NCBI GenBank assembly: GCA_051745145.1
Contig: JBNJDT010000033.1
Coordinates: forward strand, 1-17,194
Direction: 5' to 3'
Origin: Elusimicrobiota bacterium
GTDB taxonomy: Bacteria; CG03; SLGR01; JAGXOG01
DNA: 17,194 nucleotides
Made by a program: the position numbers and the translations under genes. The notes under the pieces were generated by a model, which was not told the DNA's origin, made no database searches, and saw only the letters and a list, made by a program, of their open reading frames with translations. This document shows, in pieces, positions 7,958 to 13,792 of the stretch (positions within the stretch are counted from its first letter, which is position 1; each line of letters opens with the position of its first letter).

Positions 7958-8250
7958 TTATCGGAAAAGTAATCGGTAATGTCTGGGCCACCCGTAAGCA
8001 TTCCGCTCTTACCGGAAAAAAATTATTACTGGTAAAACCGGTGGATGAGATATCCGGCGAACCAAACGGGGAAACTCAAATGGCAGTTGACCAGAGTATT
8101 GACGCCGGGCCCGGTGATACGGTCCTGGTTCTGGACGAGGGTTCTTCCTGCCGGCAGATTTTAGGTTATGAACAGGCCCCAACCCGGACAATAGTTGTGG
8201 GGGTTGTGGATAATGTTTACAGAGAAGGTAAATTTAAAAAATATCATTAA
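7954..8250 (+). CDS. BMC-P pentameric vertex protein no. 3
   Basis: GKVIGNVWATRKH..L.GKKLLLVKP...AVD..IDAGPGDTVLV..EGSS.R...IVVGVVD. ATGA overlap with the previous gene. Confidence 0.92.
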   Translation: MIIGKVIGNVWATRKHSALTGKKLLLVKPVDEISGEPNGETQMAVDQSIDAGPGDTVLVLDEGSSCRQILGYEQAPTRTIVVGVVDNVYREGKFKKYH

Positions 8251-8307
8251 AGAATAAGTTTTTAATATTATTATAAAAGTTAGACTGACAGAATAAGGAG
8301 GAAAAAA

Positions 8308-9732
8308 GTGGAAGAAAGTTTAATTCAGAAAATAACAAATGAGACAATGAACAGGATAAAAAGTGACAAAGGCGGTAAACGGGAGATACTGCTGATTTTT
8401 ATGGGGGGAGATCGGGAAGTGGATACTGCCCTAAACCAGATTAAGTGTTTAAAGGAGCTGGGGGCCCGCATGTCTGCTTATCTTACCGGGGCAGCCCATA
8501 AAATTATAGGCAGACAGAAAGTACTCCAGAGCGGCGTGGATAGAATTATAGAGGATAAGGATATATGGGACCGGTCACTTTTAGACCGTATAGACGGAAT
8601 AATAGTCCCCGTACTTACAATGAACGGAGCGTCGAAAATATCCAATATGGTAGCGGATAATCCCGCGTCCAATATAATATTGCTGGCCCTGCGGCATGAG
8701 AAGAAAATCTTAATGGCCAGGGATTCAATTATCTGCTGCGGCGGTCCCGAGCCCAAGGCCACGTCATTTTTTATGAGGCAGGTTAACCAGATGGTAAATA
8801 CCATTAAAAATCTGGGGGCAACTGTAACGGTGGCCAAAAATCTGGCCCAGCGAGCTACCGAGCTTTTTAATATGGACAGTAAAGTTAGAACAGTCTCAAA
8901 TTCTTCAACCTCATCATCGGGATTAAATAATAATTTACCCTGCGGGGGAGATGTGGAGGCCTGCGCAGAATGCGGACTGTGTGTAGTTAACAGGGAAGAT
9001 GAAGTAAGAGATATTGTAAATGCCGGAGCTTCAAGAATTTCCGCCAAACAGTTGGGAAATAATGTGGCTCAGGATATAGCCGGGCTGATAGACCACACCG
9101 ACCTCAATGCTGATTCTACCGATAAAGAGATAGGAGAGTTATGCGAGGAGGCGAAAAAATATAATTTTGCTACGGTATGTGTCAATCCCACAAACGTTAA
9201 ATTAGCCAGCCAGCTTTTAAAAGGAACCGATGTAGGGGTGACTACGGTAATAGGTTTCCCCTTGGGGGCTACGACACCTACGGTAAAAGCTATTGAAGCC
9301 AGGGATGCTATTGCTAACGGGGCAGATGAGATCGATATGGTTATGAACGTCGGAGCCCTAAAGAGCGGTAATTACCAGCTGGTAGAAGATGATATTAAAG
9401 CAGTCCGGGAGGCGACCCAGGGAAAAATTCTGAAAGTTATACTGGAAACTGCATTACTGGATGAAGATCAGATAAGAAAGGCCAGTCAGCTGGCCAAATC
9501 CGCGGGAGCGGATTTTGTAAAGACTTCTACCGGGTTTGGTCCGGGAGGAGCAAAAGAAGAAGATATAAGTGTTATGCGCGAAACCGTCGGAGAATCCATG
9601 GGAGTTAAAGCTTCCGGGGGAATTCATTCCAAGGAAGAAGCTCAGGGAATGGTGGACGCCGGCGCATCCCGGATAGGGGCATCGGCTTCGGTGGCCATAG
9701 TTACCGGCGGTGAGTCGGACAGCGCATATTAA
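8308..9732 (+). CDS. deoC: Deoxyribose-phosphate aldolase with N-terminal encapsulation peptide, flavoprotein-like domain and Cys-rich linker
   Basis: The C-terminal ~220 aa are Deo[35 protein letters not shown], Schiff-base Lys in [15 protein letters not shown] and GASRIGAS. The N-terminal ~250 aa are extra. GTG start with AAGGAGG at 8295-8301. Confidence 0.93.
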   Translation: MEESLIQKITNETMNRIKSDKGGKREILLIFMGGDREVDTALNQIKCLKELGARMSAYLTGAAHKIIGRQKVLQSGVDRIIEDKDIWDRSLLDRIDGIIVPVLTMNGASKISNMVADNPASNIILLALRHEKKILMARDSIICCGGPEPKATSFFMRQVNQMVNTIKNLGATVTVAKNLAQRATELFNMDSKVRTVSNSSTSSSGLNNNLPCGGDVEACAECGLCVVNREDEVRDIVNAGASRISAKQLGNNVAQDIAGLIDHTDLNADSTDKEIGELCEEAKKYNFATVCVNPTNVKLASQLLKGTDVGVTTVIGFPLGATTPTVKAIEARDAIANGADEIDMVMNVGALKSGNYQLVEDDIKAVREATQGKILKVILETALLDEDQIRKASQLAKSAGADFVKTSTGFGPGGAKEEDISVMRETVGESMGVKASGGIHSKEEAQGMVDAGASRIGASASVAIVTGGESDSAY

Positions 9733-9766
9733 AAAAAGGATAGATAAAGATAAGGAGGAATAAAAA

Positions 9767-10063
9767 ATGGCAGAATCAAAACTTGCCTTAGGTATGATTG
9801 AGACGATAGGTTTAGTAGGTATGATAGAGGCATCAGATGCCATGGTAAAAGCGGCAAAAGTAGAACTGGCCGGATACGAAAAGATAGGACAAGGCTATGT
9901 TACAACCATGGTAAGAGGTGAAGTCGGCGCTGTAAGGGCTGCCGTAGAATCCGGTTCTCAAGCTGCTCAAAAAGTTGGGGAATTAGTCAGTGTTCACGTT
10001 ATACCTAGACCGCATGGCGATCTGGAGAGAATTATACCTCAAGATAATAACGAAAAAAAATAA
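9767..10063 (+). CDS. BMC-H hexameric shell protein (EutM/PduA-like), possibly the major shell protein
   Basis: ALGMIET.G...[11 protein letters not shown]...[20 protein letters not shown]...SVHVIPRPH. Strong TAAGGAGG ribosome-binding site. Confidence 0.95.
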   Translation: MAESKLALGMIETIGLVGMIEASDAMVKAAKVELAGYEKIGQGYVTTMVRGEVGAVRAAVESGSQAAQKVGELVSVHVIPRPHGDLERIIPQDNNEKK

Positions 10064-10074
10064 ATTAATAGATA

Positions 10075-10112
10075 AAGCGTCTGTAATGTAAAAAGCTTCC
10101 CCAGGGACGCTT
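10075..10112 (+). other. Inverted repeat / possible RNA hairpin after the last BMC-H gene
   Basis: AAGCGTC (10075-10081) pairs with GACGCTT (10106-10112), extendable by TG/CA with a bulge. The loop is long and there is no immediate U-tract, so it is not a canonical intrinsic terminator. Confidence 0.35.
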
Positions 10113-10150
10113 ACGGTGTATTGTATTTATTTAAAATTAAAGATATATAA

Positions 10151-10435
10151 ATGAGAAAGATTATTGCCGATACAGTAGTGGATATAATAACAGAGAGTCA
10201 AATTTCTTCCCGATCCGAAGAAGAAGATGATTTTAAGAGAGGACCTCTGTTAGAAAAAGAGTATATAAAAAGCCGGACAACTTTTAAAAATAAGAAACCG
10301 TTAATTACTAAGGATGTTATAGAAAATAAGATTAACGAAGGGATAAAAAATTTAAAAGTTCCATCCAATGCTGTAGTTACTCCGTTAGCCCGCATGCTTA
10401 TAGAAGAGGGCAGGATAAATATTATTGAAGAATAA
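10151..10435 (+). CDS. Small BMC-associated hypothetical protein with a C-terminal 'IT..D...VTPLAR' module
   Basis: The C-terminal half (PLITKDVI...LKVPSNAVVTPLARMLIEEGRINII) resembles the TPI N-terminal extension and the EutQ N-terminal domain. The N-terminus is an amphipathic helix. No clear Shine-Dalgarno, so the start is uncertain. Confidence 0.7.
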   Translation: MRKIIADTVVDIITESQISSRSEEEDDFKRGPLLEKEYIKSRTTFKNKKPLITKDVIENKINEGIKNLKVPSNAVVTPLARMLIEEGRINIIEE

Positions 10436-10991
10436 TTTATCAGAAATTTCTTTAAATAAATATTTAAAGCAGGTATCATCTGAAAACAGTACTCCGGGCG
10501 GAGGGAATGTTCTTGGCGTAGTCAATTCTTTGGCCAGCAGTTTAATTTTGATGGCGGTCAGAATTAAAAGCGATACGGGGGTTGAAGAGAAATTAGAAAA
10601 AATAAAAGAAAAATCCCTCGATTTTGCTCAAAAGGACAGCTGTAAATTTGAAAAAGTAATGGAAGCGAGTAAAAATAAGAGCGATAAATTACCGGCAGCC
10701 CTGCAAGAAGCTGCCAAAGTATCGCTGGATACAGCCCGGCTTTCCCTGGAGCTTTTAAATTTAATTCAGAAATTAGAATTATCCGAATACGATAATCTTA
10801 TATCAGATATCTCAATTGCCGCCAAGCTATCTCGGGTCTGTATAAAAGGAAGTTTACTTAACTGTAAAATAAATTTAAATATGTTAAATGAGAAGTCTGC
10901 AGCGGAAGATATAAATAAAAAAAGAGAAGAAATTGAAGGTAAATTTAATGATATCAGCCTTAGACTTAGTAAAAAGAAAATTTGGCAATAA
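10425..10991 (+). CDS. Cyclodeaminase/cyclohydrolase-family protein (FTCD C-terminal / FchA-like)
   Basis: S...YL..VSS...TPGGG...G...SLA.SL..M..R, D...F.KVM.A, N.ISD...A and NC.INL patterns in an all-helical protein. The TTG start overlaps the upstream ORF by 11 nt. Confidence 0.78.
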   Translation: MKNNLSEISLNKYLKQVSSENSTPGGGNVLGVVNSLASSLILMAVRIKSDTGVEEKLEKIKEKSLDFAQKDSCKFEKVMEASKNKSDKLPAALQEAAKVSLDTARLSLELLNLIQKLELSEYDNLISDISIAAKLSRVCIKGSLLNCKINLNMLNEKSAAEDINKKREEIEGKFNDISLRLSKKKIWQ

Positions 10992-11100
10992 GTAAACAGG
11001 TAGTATAAGACTATAGGTCCAATAAATTTTCTTATCCTGCAAATATTACCGGTATTATAAAGAGATATCAGTGAGTTATAAATAAAAAAATACAAAGTAA

Positions 11101-13233
11101 ATGAAGCTAGATAACTATAAATTAAAACATACGCCCAGTCCTAAAGACAAAAACAGGTATAAATTAAGCCTGGGGGGAACTGAAAAAGAGGTAAAAAAAT
11201 TAGTAAATAAACTGGGCAATGTAAGCAGCCGTCCTTTTCCCGCCTCTGAAGAAAAATTTGAGTGGTCGCTATTTTTATATGATACTGATAAAAAATTCAG
11301 AAAAAAACTCAAAAAAAAATTAGATAAAATTGTAAAGTCCAAAAAAACAAAAGAGAAGTCCCGGCAAAAAAAAGATAAAAAGGAAGAACAAAATAAAAAA
11401 GAGGATACCTCTAATATTAAGCCGGCTGAAAAGAAAAGTAAAGAAAAAGAACCTGTAAGTAATCTTTCCTCCCATACCACATTAAAGGAAAACTATGTTT
11501 TTGATAATTTTATAGTGGGGACGAATACCCGGTTTACTTATGCGGCCTGTAAAGCTGTAGCAGAAAATCCGGGGGAAAATTATAATCCCCTGTTTATCTA
11601 CGGGGGTGTGGGGCTTGGAAAAACTCATCTAATGCAATCAATCGGTAATTATGTAAAACAAAATTTCCCGGATTACATGATAGTATATATTTCAACGGGG
11701 AAATTTATAGAGGAAGTAATAAATGCTATTGAAAAAGGGACTATAAACGAGTTGCGCAATCGATACAAGGATGTAGATCTTCTTTTAATTGACGACATAC
11801 AGTTTTTAGAAAAGTCGGAATCAACCCAGGAGGAATTTTTTCATATTTTTAATGATATGCATGATGTTAAAAAGCAGATTGTTATTACTTCCGATAAACC
11901 TCCAAAAAAGTTAACAACTCTGGAAGAACGTTTGAAATCCCGCTTTGAATGGGGTTTAACGACAGATGTAAAGTCCCCGAATTTCGAGACCCGGAAAGCA
12001 ATATTAAAGAGAAAGGCTACTAAGGCAGGTTTGGAATTGACGGAAGATATAAGTAATTATATTGCTGAAAGATTAACTTCCAACATAAGGGAACTGGAGG
12101 GAATTATTAATAGAATTGTGGCCTATAAAAATATTTCGGATGAGAATATGAATCTTGATTTAGTTAAAGATATAATAAGCAATATTTTACCCGGCGAACC
12201 TGAAGAGGAAGAAAAATCTGATACCCAGCAGACGCCGGCCGACGATACGCCCCCGCCGCCGGGAGGTGAGGGTTCGTATTCGCAGCAGACCCCTTCTTCG
12301 GTTCAGCAGCCCCAGCCCCAGCCTCAAGCTCAACCTCAATATTCCGCGCCCCAGCCATCGCCCCAGCAATCAGGTAAAATTTGTTCCAGATGTGGAAGTC
12401 CCCAAATAAGTTTTGTCCCTCAATATCAAAGATGGTATTGTGGAAGTTGTGGAATGTATGTCGAACCAAGTGTGCCAAACTGGCAATCATCCGGTCAGCC
12501 GGGTACCGGTAATTTTCCGCCCCCTCCCCCCCAGCATCAGCACCAGCCCCAGCCCCAGCAGCAACAGCCTCCACCACCTAATCAACAGGGTGGGGAAAAG
12601 AAATGTCCCACGTGCAGTAGTAATTTAGAATATATTTCTAAGTATGACAGGTATTATTGTAGAAATTGCGGCAAATATACCCAGCCGCAATCAGCTCAAT
12701 CCAGTCAAAACGTACCCCCGCCGCCTCAGTCGGAAGATAAGGCTCAGATTAAAACTCAGCAGGATGATACTGCGTCTGAGGATACAGAAAGCGGGGAGGA
12801 GCAAGAAGAAGCGTTTCGCCAGAAAATAATAGGCACAAAGAAATCTGATGTGAGGGAAATAAAAGCAGGTTACATATTGCCGGAAGGATCGCAACAGCTT
12901 TTTTCAGAAATTGTGGACAAATTGCATAAGCTGGCCCGCCAGAAAAAGATAAATTTTTATATACAGCCTGTATTTACCCATTTTTATTCTCCGGAGGTAA
13001 ATATAAATTACGATAAATTGGTTCATCTGGCAATTAACAATAAAGTCGATATTGCACTTTCCATGGAGCCGGGGGGGAATTTTGCAGTTGCCGATAATTT
13101 TAAAAGTGAAATTACTGCTAAAATGGAAGAAAAAGATATGCCCCTGGAAGTTTTGCCCCGTGAACCGATAAAAGACAGTTTTGCTTTAAATATAATGCTG
13201 GATATAGCAATTTGCGCTAAGAAAAATAAATAA
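11101..13233 (+). CDS. DnaA-like AAA+ ATPase lacking domain IV, with Pro/Gln linkers, two Zn-ribbons and novel N- and C-terminal domains
   Basis: Residues ~128-362 match DnaA domain III: Y.FDNFIVG..N, YNPLFIYGGVGLGKTHL (Walker A), LLLIDDIQF (Walker B), QEEFFH.FN, ITSD.PP, RLKSRFEWGL and NIRELEG. No RDHTTV-type helix-turn-helix follows. Confidence 0.88.
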   Translation: MKLDNYKLKHTPSPKDKNRYKLSLGGTEKEVKKLVNKLGNVSSRPFPASEEKFEWSLFLYDTDKKFRKKLKKKLDKIVKSKKTKEKSRQKKDKKEEQNKKEDTSNIKPAEKKSKEKEPVSNLSSHTTLKENYVFDNFIVGTNTRFTYAACKAVAENPGENYNPLFIYGGVGLGKTHLMQSIGNYVKQNFPDYMIVYISTGKFIEEVINAIEKGTINELRNRYKDVDLLLIDDIQFLEKSESTQEEFFHIFNDMHDVKKQIVITSDKPPKKLTTLEERLKSRFEWGLTTDVKSPNFETRKAILKRKATKAGLELTEDISNYIAERLTSNIRELEGIINRIVAYKNISDENMNLDLVKDIISNILPGEPEEEEKSDTQQTPADDTPPPPGGEGSYSQQTPSSVQQPQPQPQAQPQYSAPQPSPQQSGKICSRCGSPQISFVPQYQRWYCGSCGMYVEPSVPNWQSSGQPGTGNFPPPPPQHQHQPQPQQQQPPPPNQQGGEKKCPTCSSNLEYISKYDRYYCRNCGKYTQPQSAQSSQNVPPPPQSEDKAQIKTQQDDTASEDTESGEEQEEAFRQKIIGTKKSDVREIKAGYILPEGSQQLFSEIVDKLHKLARQKKINFYIQPVFTHFYSPEVNINYDKLVHLAINNKVDIALSMEPGGNFAVADNFKSEITAKMEEKDMPLEVLPREPIKDSFALNIMLDIAICAKKNK
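12226..12726 (+). repeat. Coding low-complexity Pro/Gln tracts alternating with a duplicated Zn-ribbon unit
   Basis: CAGCCC-type hexamer iterations near 12304-12336 and 12532-12570 encode (QP)n. The two units are CSRCGSPQISFVPQYQRWYCGSCGMY (12382-12459) and CPTCSSNLEYISKYDRYYCRNCGKY (12604-12678). Confidence 0.85.
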
Positions 13234-13316
13234 GAAATTTGAAAATAACTCTATAAAACGTAAAATTTATATATAGATATAAGTGTAATTTAATTAGTAC
13301 CGGGAGGCAGCTATAA

Positions 13317-13682
13317 ATGAGTAAAAAGATAATGTCAGTTGAAGATGACGCTACTACAATAAAGTTATTGAAATTTATGTTGGAAAAAAAAGGGTATAAG
13401 GTTATAAGCTTTAAAAATGGAAAGGAAGCTGTAGAAAATGTAGAAGAAGTGATGCCCGATTTAATATTAATGGACATTATGATGCCCGAGATGGACGGCA
13501 TCGAAGCTACAAAGAGAATAAAGAAGAAAGAAAAAGTTTCTGAAATTCCTATAATAATGCTTTCGGCGCTGGGCCAGGAGATGGAAGTAATGAAAGGTCT
13601 TCAGGCCGGAGCCGACGGGTATGTTGTAAAACCATTTGATTCGGAAGCATTATTGAAACAGATTGAAGAAAAAATTTCTTGA
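13317..13682 (+). CDS. Single-domain response regulator (CheY-like receiver)
   Basis: VEDD acidic pocket, phosphoacceptor Asp in ILMDIMMPEMDG, LSA, GADGY..KPF. No output domain. GGGAGG ribosome-binding site at 13302-13307. Confidence 0.93.
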   Translation: MSKKIMSVEDDATTIKLLKFMLEKKGYKVISFKNGKEAVENVEEVMPDLILMDIMMPEMDGIEATKRIKKKEKVSEIPIIMLSALGQEMEVMKGLQAGADGYVVKPFDSEALLKQIEEKIS

Positions 13683-13741
13683 ATTTATATAATAAATTTA
13701 CTATCATAAATAACTTTAAATAAAAATATTTAAAATTAATA

Positions 13742-13770
13742 TTGAGAGGGAAAAGTATTGAAATTATCGT
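13742..13770 (+). promoter_or_regulatory. Possible sigma70-type promoter for transketolase
   Basis: TTGAGA (13742-13747), 17 nt, then TATCGT (13765-13770), preceded by an AT-rich tract and followed by TAAGGAGG at 13781-13788. The AT-rich context makes chance matches likely. Confidence 0.4.
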
Positions 13771-13792
13771 ATAAATACAGTAAGGAGGAATA

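Noticed and set aside
8205..8213. Perfect DnaA box (TGTGGATAA)
   Set aside because: Isolated and inside a BMC-P gene at the conserved V-V-D codons; not part of a cluster.
8478..9047. 189-aa minus-strand ORF
   Set aside because: Antisense shadow of the DeoC fusion gene with no recognisable motifs.
12290..12600. CRISPR-like or VNTR array in the CAGCCC-rich region
   Set aside because: The repeats are short, imperfect, in frame and encode Pro/Gln linkers; there is no repeat-spacer periodicity and no cas gene.
12413..12829. Frameshifted dnaA with domain IV hidden in alternative + frames (ORFs 12413-12628 and 12644-12829)
   Set aside because: Neither translation shows domain IV motifs, while the main frame stays open and encodes two coherent Zn-ribbons.
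10992..13316. Canonical dnaA with an adjacent oriC
   Set aside because: I saw no TTATCCACA-type boxes in the flanking gaps (10992-11100, 13234-13316), there are no dnaN or rpmH neighbours, and the protein lacks domain IV.
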